Position numbers and translations under genes: made by a program | Shown: piece by piece, positions 29,923-40,000 of the stretch | Layout: each line of letters begins with the position of its first letter | Position numbering within the stretch: the stretch's first letter is position 1 | Notes under the pieces: generated by a model | Database searches by the model: none | Told to the model about the DNA's origin: nothing | The model's input: only the letters and a program-made list of their open reading frames with translations | Assembly: GCF_058153355.1 (NCBI RefSeq) | Contig: NZ_CM177019.1 | Strand: one strand, 5' to 3' | Length of the DNA stretch: 64,000 nucleotides

Positions 29923-30993
29923 TTATTCGAATTTCGGAAAGGTAAAGAAAATATTAATGTATCTTATTAATTTATCATATTGTTCTTGGGTGAATGCTGT
30001 TTGCACACCTTCAGGGCAATATTTACCAGTAATAACCAGTTGCCCATTGCTGTGTTGTACCATTAAACCTTCTTTTTCCTTTGGATCTACAAACTTAGAA
30101 TTATCAAATGTGAAGATATTTTTTTCCTGTTTTGAGTAAGCAAAGAAATCTCGTGTATAGCTGAAACTATCATTTATTAATGGTGCTAACTTTTTGTCGG
30201 CGATATCGATAAGCTCACCACTTAATTTATTGATGTATTTCATTTGCTTCAATTTTTTCTGCGCTTGCACAATTTGCTTGTAGGTGTTTTCAATTTTTTT
30301 AGAAGAATTCTTAAATACATCATAGCGTTCCTCGGAGGATGTGTATTTGTACCATTCTGTATTTTTCTCAGAATGCAGTAGCAGATCTGTATATTCTTTT
30401 TGCTTGCTGTAAAGTTGAGTTCTTATATTTAACTCGTGGATAAATTTATAAATTTTGTCAGAGTTGGTTATTTTTGGTGTGTCTTTGTCTGTCAATGTTT
30501 GGATCTTGTTATTGATATTTTCTTTTGCAACATGCTCATTGATGATGTTAATTGCAGTTTCATATTCATTTAAATTTATTGTTCTTTCTGAAAGAAACCC
30601 TTCTTTGCTTTCGATACTCAAAACACCTTCGTTGTTTTCACCTCGGGTAAAGGTAAGGGTATAGGGTTCATAATCTTCTGCAAATTCATTTTTATACGTT
30701 ATGACATGCTCGACAAAATGTCTTATTGGTACGAAACCATAACTGTGAACGTCAATTTTTTGTGTTTTGATACTATCAATTTCATCTGAGGCTTTCGTGA
30801 AAAAAGCCAATAAATTAGCTATGTTGTCTGCTGAGGTTGATAACCCGAATCTACTTTGAGATATTTTTAGAAACTCATTGCAAAAAATCTCAAGTTTCGC
30901 GGTTTGTTGTGATTCTTTGTAAATTTCTGCTGTTTGCAATTTATTATTTTGTAAAATATTACAGCGAGATAATTGAATAGATGTATTTGGCAT
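29923..30993 (-). CDS. hypothetical protein (356 aa), AT-rich orphan gene in glpQ-inaA islet
   Basis: Long ORF in strongly AT-rich DNA; ATG with AAGGA RBS (MPNTSIQLSR...); Lys/Asn/Glu/Tyr-rich, no TM segments, no motif recognised. Confidence 0.6.
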   Translation of the reverse strand: MPNTSIQLSRCNILQNNKLQTAEIYKESQQTAKLEIFCNEFLKISQSRFGLSTSADNIANLLAFFTKASDEIDSIKTQKIDVHSYGFVPIRHFVEHVITYKNEFAEDYEPYTLTFTRGENNEGVLSIESKEGFLSERTINLNEYETAINIINEHVAKENINNKIQTLTDKDTPKITNSDKIYKFIHELNIRTQLYSKQKEYTDLLLHSEKNTEWYKYTSSEERYDVFKNSSKKIENTYKQIVQAQKKLKQMKYINKLSGELIDIADKKLAPLINDSFSYTRDFFAYSKQEKNIFTFDNSKFVDPKEKEGLMVQHSNGQLVITGKYCPEGVQTAFTQEQYDKLIRYINIFFTFPKFE

Positions 30994-31459
30994 AAATGAT
31001 TCCTTGTATTGTGAGTTAACAAGATACAATTTAATCTTTGCAGAATATATTCACTATCAAATTTAGCTCATTTTATTACGAAGACCTTTACGCATGTTAG
31101 AAAGTATCATTATTGTTAATAAATACGGTAATAAGTAACAAACAGATATTGATAACTTCCCTGACTAGTTATTAGGTATCCCACTTGAAGATTGAGAATG
31201 GCTCCAGAGTAAACTGTGTACTGTTCGCCGGAGTGTCATTACTCTCAACAATCGGTTTTGACAGTGAGTCGGGCGCTTCATACCGGTTTCTACCTGGAGT
31301 CATTGTCACTTCTCCCAACTGAATAAATATATATCGCCAATTCACAAAGTGGGCCAAAATCAGGTGAAAACGAATTATTACGCCTGGTAAAGACTATAGT
31401 ACAACTAAGTGTGGCGAATCAGGCAGTCTTGCATTTGTCATCAATCTCATGTCTTACAT

Positions 31460-31700
31460 CAAATTTTTCCACTCACCACGAGTTGTTCCGTACACGTTTG
31501 TAGTACAAACAGTGGACTGCCTTCTACCGGCTTTTCTTTAGCCAGCAACGAAATCTGTCGATAGAAGGTTGGTTCGAGAGGAACGGAACACAATTCACCT
31601 GCAATGGTTTTCAGCGTTAACTCTGGTAATAAGGCGATGCCTAATCCCTGTCGAATAAAACTGATCGCTGTATCCGGGTGATTAAATTCATATTTTATTT
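31460..31700 (-). pseudogene. LysR-family regulator C-terminal remnant (yfaH-like)
   Basis: Minus-strand translation gives ...GIALLPELTLKTIAGELCSVPLEPTFYRQISLLAKEKPVEGSPLFVLQ... with no N-terminal HTH domain or start codon. Confidence 0.45.
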
Positions 31701-31880
31701 GCTGGGTGCACTATTAGTGGTAGTGGCTGGTGGAGTCTATGCGCTGCAAATGAAGGGCAAAAGCGGTGTCGCGCTAGTAGTGGCAAAAGAAATTCATTAA
31801 TACGACACGTTTCATTAAGATTTTTCGCAGGTAACCACCTATAGTCATTGTCGTTAATAAAAAATGACAGGCGATAGGGT

Positions 31881-32531
31881 ATGGCAGTTTCAGCAAAGTA
31901 CGATGAATTTAATCACTGGTGGGCAACAGAGGGCGACTGGGTTGAAGAGCCTAACTATCGCCGTAATGGGATGAGCGGGGTGCAATGCGTCGAGCGCAAT
32001 GGCAAAAAGCTGTATGTGAAGCGCATGACGCATCATCTGTTTCATTCCGTACGTTATCCGTTCGGTCGACCGACGATTGTCCGTGAGGTTGCGGTAATTA
32101 AAGAACTGGAACGGGCTGGTGTCATTGTGCCGAAAATCGTTTTTGGTGAAGCGGTGAAAATTGAGGGTGAATGGCGCGCGTTGCTGGTGACGGAAGATAT
32201 GGCGGGGTTCATAAGTATTGCTGACTGGTATGCCCAGCATGCAGTAACACCTTATTCTGACGATGTTCGGCAAGCCATGTTGAAAGCTGTGGCGATGGCG
32301 TTTAAGAAAATGCATAGCGTTAATCGTCAGCATGGCTGTTGTTACGTTCGCCACATCTATGTGAAAACAGAAGGTATGGTAGAAGCTGGTTTTCTTGATC
32401 TGGAGAAAAGTCGTCGCCGCTTACGTCGGCATAAAGCGATTAATCATGATTTCCGCCAGCTGGAAAAATATCTGGAGCCGATCCCTAAAGCGGACTGGGA
32501 GCAGGTTAAAGCGTATTACTACGCCATGTAA
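31881..32531 (+). CDS. inaA: lipopolysaccharide-kinase-family protein InaA (216 aa)
   Basis: Sequence recognised; synteny next to yfaE. Confidence 0.8.
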   Translation: MAVSAKYDEFNHWWATEGDWVEEPNYRRNGMSGVQCVERNGKKLYVKRMTHHLFHSVRYPFGRPTIVREVAVIKELERAGVIVPKIVFGEAVKIEGEWRALLVTEDMAGFISIADWYAQHAVTPYSDDVRQAMLKAVAMAFKKMHSVNRQHGCCYVRHIYVKTEGMVEAGFLDLEKSRRRLRRHKAINHDFRQLEKYLEPIPKADWEQVKAYYYAM

Positions 32532-32583
32532 TCACGTAGGCCAGATAAGACGCGTAAGCGTCGCATCTGGCACAAGTACCCGA

Positions 32584-32838
32584 TCACATCTCGATTTCAA
32601 TATCGCCTTTTGCCCGGCAACAACAGGGCAAAATTTCCCCCGGCTGAATAAAGGCTAACGGTTCGGCAATCCAGTCCACCTGGCCTGCAACAAGGCGTGT
32701 GCGACAAGAACCGCAGTAACCTTCGCGGCACTGGTACTCAACCGCCACATTGTGGGATTCCAGCGCCGCCAGAAGGGAAGGGTGTTCATCCTGGCACAGC
32801 AGTTGTGTGCCAGTGATGCGCAGGGTAACGCGAGCCAT
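32584..32838 (-). CDS. yfaE: 2Fe-2S ferredoxin YfaE (84 aa)
   Basis: CxxxxCxxC...C cluster ligands; immediately downstream of nrdB. Confidence 0.85.
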   Translation of the reverse strand: MARVTLRITGTQLLCQDEHPSLLAALESHNVAVEYQCREGYCGSCRTRLVAGQVDWIAEPLAFIQPGEILPCCCRAKGDIEIEM

Positions 32839-33968
32839 CAGAGCTGGAAGTTACTCAAATCGTCGGTGTCCACTTCCGAGTCAATCTGCCCGACCAGATA
32901 AGAACTGACTTCCACTTCCTGCGGAGCAACCTGTACGTTATCCGATACCAACCAGGTGTTGATCCACGGGATCGGGTTGGAGCGTGTCTGGAACGGCAGA
33001 TCCAAACCGACTGCCTGCATACGGATATTGGTGATGTATTCAACGTACTGGCAGAGAATGTCTTTATTCAGGCCAATCATCGAACCGTCACGGAACAGAT
33101 AATCCGCCCAGTCTTTCTCTTGCTGTGCCGCCTGAACAAACAGGTCATAGCACTCCTGCTTACACTCTTCGGCAATTTCTGCCATTTCCGGATCATCCGC
33201 GCCGCTGCGCAGCAGATTCAGCATATGCTGCGTACCGGTCAGGTGCAGGGCTTCATCGCGGGCAATCAGACGAATAATTTTGGCGTTACCTTCCATCAGT
33301 TCGCGTTCTGCAAAGGCAAAGGAACAAGCAAAGCTGACGTAGAAGCGGATCGCTTCCAGCGCGTTAACGCTCATCAGGCAGAGATACAGTTTTTTCTTCA
33401 GCTCGCGCAGGCTAACGGTTACGGTTTTACCGTTAACGGTGTGGGTACCTTCGCCCAGCAGATGCCAGTAGCTGGTCATTTCGATCAGCTCATCGTAATA
33501 GCTGGAGATCCCTTCCGCACGTTTCTGGATCTGCTCGTTGGTGACGATATCATCAAACACAACGGACGGATCGTTAACGATATTACGAATGATATGAGTA
33601 TAGGAACGGGAATGAATTGTTTCTGAGAATGCCCAGGTTTCTACCCAGGTCTCCAGTTCCGGGATCGAGATCAGCGGCAGCAGTGCCACGTTCGGGCTGC
33701 GACCCTGAATGGAGTCCAGCAGCGTCTGATATTTCAGGTTGCTGATAAAGATGTGTTTTTCGTGTTCAGGCAGTGCCTGGTAATCGATACGGTCACGAGA
33801 AACGTCAACTTCTTCCGGACGCCAGAAGAAAGAGAGCTGCTTTTCGATCAGCTTTTCGAAGATGTCATATTTTTGCTGATCGTAGCGAGCCACGTTGACC
33901 GGCTGACCAAAGAACATCGGTTCTTTCAGCTGATCATTTTTCGTCTGAGAAAAGGTGGTATATGCCAT
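32838..33968 (-). CDS. nrdB: class Ia ribonucleotide reductase beta subunit NrdB (376 aa)
   Basis: Track ORF 32838..34019 trimmed to [17 protein letters not shown]... Confidence 0.95.
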
Positions 33969-33993
33969 GAATGTGTCCTGTTGGGAGTTTAAT

Positions 33994-34105
33994 GCCGGAT
34001 AAGGCATTTTACGCCGCATCCTGTGCCTGATGCGACGCTGGCGCGTCTTATCAGGCCTACAAACCGAGCCGTAGGCCGGATAAGGCGTTCACGCCGCATC
34101 CGGCA
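33994..34105. repeat. REP/BIME cluster (three REP units) in nrdA-nrdB intergenic region
   Basis: gcctgatgcgacgctggcgcgtcttatcaggcctac and flanking gccggataaggcg...cgccgcatcc units. Confidence 0.7.
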
Positions 34106-34113
34106 TCTCAATA

Positions 34114-36399
34114 TCAGATCTTACATGCGCCGCTTTCGCAGCCATCGTCCTGAATTGACGGCACCAGATCGTCTTGTGCGTCTTCTGCACCGTCACGGGT
34201 GTTCTGATAATACAGCGTTTTGACCCCGAATTTGTAGGCGGTGAGCAGGTCTTTCAGCAGTTGCTGCATCGGCACTTTTCCTGACGGGAAGCGTGACGGA
34301 TCGTAGTTGGTGTTAGCAGAGATCGACTGATCGATAAATTTCTGCATGATACCCACCAGTTGCAGGTAGCCATCGTTACCCGGCATTTCCCACAGCAGCT
34401 CATAGGCGTCGTGCAGATGCTCGTAGTCCGGCACCACCTGGCGCAGAATACCGTCTTTCGACGCTTTGATGCTGACGTAACCACGCGGCGGTTCAATACC
34501 GTTAGTGGCGTTAGAGATCTGCGAAGAAGTCTCTGACGGCATCAGAGCAGAAAGCGTGGAGTTACGCAGGCCGTGCGTTTTGATTGACTCACGCAGTGCT
34601 TCCCAGTCGTAATGCAGCGGCTCATTAGCGATGGCATCCAGATCTTTCTTATAGGTATCGATCGGCAGGATCCCTTTCGCGTAAGTGGTTTCGTTAAACC
34701 ACGGGCACGCGCCTTGCTCTTTCGCCAGCTCATTAGACGCTTTCAGCAGGTAATACTGAATGGCTTCGAAGGTTTTATGCGTCAGGTTGTTGGCGCTGCC
34801 GTCGGAGTAGCGTTTACCGTGCTTCGCCAGGTAGTAAGCGAAGTTGATCACACCAATACCCAGCGTACGACGACCCATCGCTCCACGTTTAGCGGCCGGG
34901 ATCGGGTAATCCTGATAATCCAGCAGTGCGTCGAGTGCACGAACCGCCAGAATCGCCAGCTCTTCCAGTTCATCCTGGCTGTTAATTGCGCCCAGGTTGA
35001 AAGCAGAAAGCGTACACAGCGCGATTTCACCGTTCTCGTCGTTGACATCATTCAGTGGTTTGGTCGGTAGGGCGATTTCCAGGCACAGGTTAGACTGGCG
35101 CACTGGTGCAATAGCCGGATCAAACGGGCTGTGGGTGTTGCAGTGGTCTACGTTCTGAATATAGATACGACCGGTAGACGCACGTTCCTGCATCATCAGC
35201 GAGAACAGCTCAACGGCTTTCACACGCTGCTTGCGGATGCTGTCGTCTTTCTCATATTTGGTGTACAGGCGTTCAAACTCTTCCTGATCGGCGAAGAACG
35301 CGTCGTACAGCCCCGGTACGTCGGACGGGCTGAACAGGGTGATATCTTCACCTTTCAGCAGACGGGTATACATCAGTTTGTTGATTTGTACCCCGTAGTC
35401 CATATGACGCACGCGGTTGCCTTCAACCCCACGGTTGTTTTTCAACACCAGCAGGCTTTCCACTTCCAGATGCCACATCGGGTAGAACAGCGTTGCTGCA
35501 CCGCCACGCACACCGCCCTGAGAGCAGGATTTCACCGCTGTCTGGAAATGTTTGTAAAACGGAATACAGCCGGTGTGGAATGCTTCGCCACCGCGAATCG
35601 GGCTACCCAGCGCACGAATACGCCCGGCGTTAATGCCGATCCCGGCACGCTGGGAAACGTATTTAACAATCGCGCTGGAGGTGGCGTTGATGGAATCCAG
35701 GCTGTCGCCGCACTCAATCAGCACGCAGGAGCTGAACTGACGAGTCGGGGTACGCACGCCGGACATGATTGGCGTCGGCAGCGAAATTTTAAATGTGGAA
35801 ACCGCGTCGTAAAAACGCTTCACGTATTGCAGGCGCGTTTCACGCGGGTAGTTCGAGAACAGGCACGCAGCAACCAGAATATAGAGGAACTGGGCGCTCT
35901 CATAGATTTCGCCGGTCACGCGGTTCTGTACCAGATATTTGCCTTCCAGCTGCTTAACGGCAGCATAAGAGAAGGTCATATCACGGTCGTGATCGATAAA
36001 CGTGTCCATCTGCTTGAACTCTTCTTCCGTGTAGTCTTCCAGCAGATGATTATCGTATTTGCCCATCTCGACCATTTTCACCACGTGGTCGTACAGCGCA
36101 GGCGGCTCAAACTGGCCGTAGGCTTTTTTACGCAGGTGGAAGATCGCCAGGCGCGCGGCGAGATACTGATAATCCGGCGCATCACGGGAGATCAGGTCTG
36201 CGGCAGCCTTGATAATAGTTTCGTGGATGTCAGAGGTCTTGATACCGTCATAAAACTGAATGTGGGAGCGCAGTTCGACCTGGGAAATCGAAACGTTATG
36301 CAGTCCTTCTGCCGCCCAATCCAGAACGCGATGGATTTTGTCGAGATTGATGCGCTCTGTGCTACCGTCGCGCTTTGTCACCAGCAGATTCTGATTCAT
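34114..36399 (-). CDS. nrdA: class Ia ribonucleotide reductase alpha subunit NrdA (761 aa)
   Basis: Track ORF 34114..36591 trimmed to MNQNLLVTKRDGSTERINLDK... Confidence 0.95.
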   Translation of the reverse strand: MNQNLLVTKRDGSTERINLDKIHRVLDWAAEGLHNVSISQVELRSHIQFYDGIKTSDIHETIIKAAADLISRDAPDYQYLAARLAIFHLRKKAYGQFEPPALYDHVVKMVEMGKYDNHLLEDYTEEEFKQMDTFIDHDRDMTFSYAAVKQLEGKYLVQNRVTGEIYESAQFLYILVAACLFSNYPRETRLQYVKRFYDAVSTFKISLPTPIMSGVRTPTRQFSSCVLIECGDSLDSINATSSAIVKYVSQRAGIGINAGRIRALGSPIRGGEAFHTGCIPFYKHFQTAVKSCSQGGVRGGAATLFYPMWHLEVESLLVLKNNRGVEGNRVRHMDYGVQINKLMYTRLLKGEDITLFSPSDVPGLYDAFFADQEEFERLYTKYEKDDSIRKQRVKAVELFSLMMQERASTGRIYIQNVDHCNTHSPFDPAIAPVRQSNLCLEIALPTKPLNDVNDENGEIALCTLSAFNLGAINSQDELEELAILAVRALDALLDYQDYPIPAAKRGAMGRRTLGIGVINFAYYLAKHGKRYSDGSANNLTHKTFEAIQYYLLKASNELAKEQGACPWFNETTYAKGILPIDTYKKDLDAIANEPLHYDWEALRESIKTHGLRNSTLSALMPSETSSQISNATNGIEPPRGYVSIKASKDGILRQVVPDYEHLHDAYELLWEMPGNDGYLQLVGIMQKFIDQSISANTNYDPSRFPSGKVPMQQLLKDLLTAYKFGVKTLYYQNTRDGAEDAQDDLVPSIQDDGCESGACKI

Positions 36400-36476
36400 G
36401 TATGTCGTACCTGTTTTTGGAATTCTTTCCGCAATAGCTTCATGCAGACTACCTGTAGTGAGGGAAGCTGCTAAGA

Positions 36477-36522
36477 ACACTATATATAGGGGGTATGTTT
36501 GGGATTCACTGCAAGATAGTGT
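36477..36522. promoter_or_regulatory. two NrdR-box-like palindromes upstream of nrdA
   Basis: acactatatataggg and cactgcaagatagtgt about 30 bp apart, resembling the NrdR box as I recall it. Confidence 0.4.
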
Positions 36523-36552
36523 GAAAATGGCCCTCTTGCAAGTGCATAACTT

Positions 36553-36561
36553 TGTGGATAA
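36553..36561 (-). promoter_or_regulatory. DnaA box (TTATCCACA) in nrdA upstream region
   Basis: Plus-strand tgtggataa is the reverse complement of the 9-mer consensus. Confidence 0.45.
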
Positions 36562-37094
36562 CTCAGGAAGGAAAAAGTGGCTTTCGCGCACCTTAGGTCA
36601 GACAAGGTGTCCGGGAAAGTCAATGGGAAGAGAAAAATTTGTTAAAAATAACTGTTCGGCGATTTCTTGAACGGCAGAATAGTATGGGTAAATTGATATA
36701 GATGGTTTATTAATCTTATCGCTAATGATTGTCAAAATTGATCTAAGTACGAATCATCACATAATCTGATGTATCAGTTGTGGTCAATATATAAGCGAAT
36801 GTAAGCGATTGTTGAGTCGGAAATGGTTGTTTTCTATTCGGTTATTGTTAAATACCAAGCCAATTTGTTACTTTTGCATATATTATAAGAATATTATTTA
36901 TTACTTTAATTCAGTTTAAATATAACCGATTTACCTTAAGGTTATTAATTTGAATTATGATACACTGATATTATTCATCAAGTAATAACAAAATAGTCAT
37001 TGCGCCGGGTTGTACAATTTACAAAATAAATATACCCCATAGCGCATAATGCGATTAAATATGCCGTCTTATAGAAAATGATGGTTAGATGAAT

Positions 37095-40000
37095 ATGCGG
37101 ATTATTTTTCTACGCAAGGAGTATTTATCTTTACTCCCGTCAATGATTGCATCTCTCTTCTCCACTAATGGTATCGCAGCGGTTATTGATTCATGCCAGG
37201 GATATGATATCAAAGCGAGCTGTCAGGCCAGCAGGCAAAGCCTTTCGGGCAATATGCAGGACTGGAGCATCGCCGATGGGCAATGGGTGATATTTTCGGG
37301 TATGGCCAATAATGCCAGCGGAGGGGCCGTATTTTTGCAACAAGGAGCGGAGTTTTCTCTATCGCCAGAAAATGAAACTGGAATGACTCTGTTTGCCAAT
37401 AATACTGTCTCAGGAGAATATAATAATGGCGGGGGAATATTTGCTAAAGAAAACTCAACGCTGAATCTTACTGATGTTATTTTTTCCGGTAACGTCGCAG
37501 GCGGCTATGGTGGCGCAATCTATTCTTCTGGTACTAATGATACTGGTGGCGTCGATTTACGAGTCACTAACGCCATGTTTAGCAATAACATCGCTAATGA
37601 TGGCAAAGGCGGCGCAATTTATACCATCAATAATGATGTCTATCTAAGTGATGATGTTTTTAATAATAACCAGGCATATACATCAACAAGTTACAGTGAT
37701 GGCGATGGCGGTGCAATCGATGTCACCGATAATAATAGCGATATCACGCATCCGTCAGGTTTCACAATAATAAATAACACCGCATTTACAAATAACACTG
37801 CCGAAGGTTATGGCGGGGCAATTTATACCAATAGCGTGACGGCTCCCTATCTTATTGATATTTTTGTTGATGACAGCTACAGCCAGAACGGCGGTGTGTT
37901 AATCGATGAGAACAATAGCGCAGCAGGCTATGGGGATGGTCCTTCCACTGCGGCGGGCGGCTTTATGTATCTCGGCTTAAGTGAAGTTACCTTTGATATT
38001 GCTGACGGAAAAACGCTGGTTATCGGCAATACAGAGAATGATGGAGCTGTTGACTCTATTGCTGGTACCGGGTTGATCACCAAAACAGGTTCCGGCGATC
38101 TAGTACTTAATGCAGATAACAATGACTTTACTGGTGAGATGCAGATTGAAAACGGTGAAGTTACCCTGGGTCGCAGCAACTCCCTGATGAATGTCGGAGA
38201 TAATCATTGCCAGGACGATCCGCAAGACTGCTACGGTCTGACGATAGGGAGCATTGATAAGTACCAGAATCAGGCAGAGCTAAATGTTGGCTCCACCCAA
38301 CAAACCTTTGTGCACGCATTGACGGGCTTTCAGAATGGCACTTTAAATATCGATGCTGGTGGCAATGTTACTGTTAATCAAGGCAGTTTTGCTGGCACCA
38401 TCGAAGGTGCTGGTCAGCTCACCATTGCGCAAAACGGCAGCTACGTGCTGGCAGGGGCGCAGTCGATGGCGCTAACTGGCGATATAGTCGTTGATGATGG
38501 CGCGGTGCTCGATCTCTCTGATTTCTCCACCTGGCAGAGCGGCACATCATACAACGATGGCCTTGAAGTCAGCGGCAGCAGCGGAACGGTTATCGGCAGT
38601 CAGGATGTGGTAGATCTTGCAGGCGGAAACGATATGCATATCGGCGGCGACGGGAAAGATGGCGTCTACGTGGTGGTCGATGCGGGTGATGGGCAGGTCA
38701 GCCTGGCAAATGACAATCAATACCTCGGCACAACGCAAATTGCTTCCGGTACGCTGGTGGTGAGTGACAACTCGCAGCTTGGAGATACCCACTATAACCG
38801 CCAGGTTATCTTTACCGATAATCAACAAGAAAGCGTGATGGAGATTACTGCCAATGTCGATACTCGCTTTACAACGGTTGAGCATGGGCGTGATATTGAA
38901 ATGCGCGCCGACGGTGAAGTGGCAGTTGATGCGGGGGTAGACACGCAGTGGGGCGCACTGATGGCTGACAGCAGCGGGCAGCATCAGGATGAGGGTAGCA
39001 CATTGACTAAAACGGGGGCTGGCACCCTGGAGCTGACCGCCAGCGGTACGACGCAGTCGGCGGTGAGAGTAGAAGAAGGCACGCTGCAAGGCGATGCTGT
39101 GAATATCTTTCCTTATGCTTCGTCGCTGTGGGTCGGTGACGGAGCAACATTCGAGACTGGCGCAGATCAGGATATTCAGTCTATTGATGCTACTTCCAGC
39201 GGCACTATCGACATCAGTGATGGCACCGTTTTGCGCCTGACGAGTCAGGATACTTCCGCCGCACTGGATGCCTCGCTGTTTAACGGCGACGGTACGTTGG
39301 TGAATGCCACCGATGGCGTGACGTTGACAGGCGAGCTTAATACCAACCTTGAAACTGACAGCCTGACTTATCTTTCCGACGTAACAGTTAATGGCAATCT
39401 GACCAATACGTCCGGTGCGGTCAGCCTGCAAAATGGCGTCGCTGGCGATACGCTCACGGTAAACGGTGATTACACCGGCGGCGGTACGTTGTTTCTCGAC
39501 AGCGAATTAAACGGCGATGACTCGGTAAGCGACCAACTGGTGTTGAACGGCAATACCTCGGGTAACACGACCGTGGTGGTTAACCCCATTACCGGCATTG
39601 GTGAACCGACTTCTACAGGTATTAAAGTGGTTGATTTCACTGCTGATCCCACGCAATTTCAAAACAATGCGCTGTTTAGTCTTGCGGGCAGCGGCTACGT
39701 TAATATGGGCGCGTATGACTACACGCTGGTGGAAGATAACAACGACTGGTATCTGCGATCGCAAGAAGTCACTCCGACGCCGCCGCCCGATCCGGACCCG
39801 ACTCCAGATCCTGATCCCACGCCGGATCCTGATCCAACACCCGACCCGGCTCCAGCCCCTATGCCTGCCTACCAGCCGGTGCTGAACGCCAAAGTTGGTG
39901 GCTATCTCAATAACCTACGTGCGGCAAATCAGGCATTTGTGATGGAGCGACGCGATCACGCTGGTGGCGATGGTCAGACGCTGAATTTACGTGTTATCGG

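Noticed and set aside
35131-36474. 447-aa plus-strand ORF
   Set aside because: Entirely antisense to nrdA, a well-supported, highly conserved gene; read as a frame artefact of GC-rich coding DNA.
38547-39431. 294-aa minus-strand ORF
   Set aside because: Antisense within the repetitive yfaL passenger domain.
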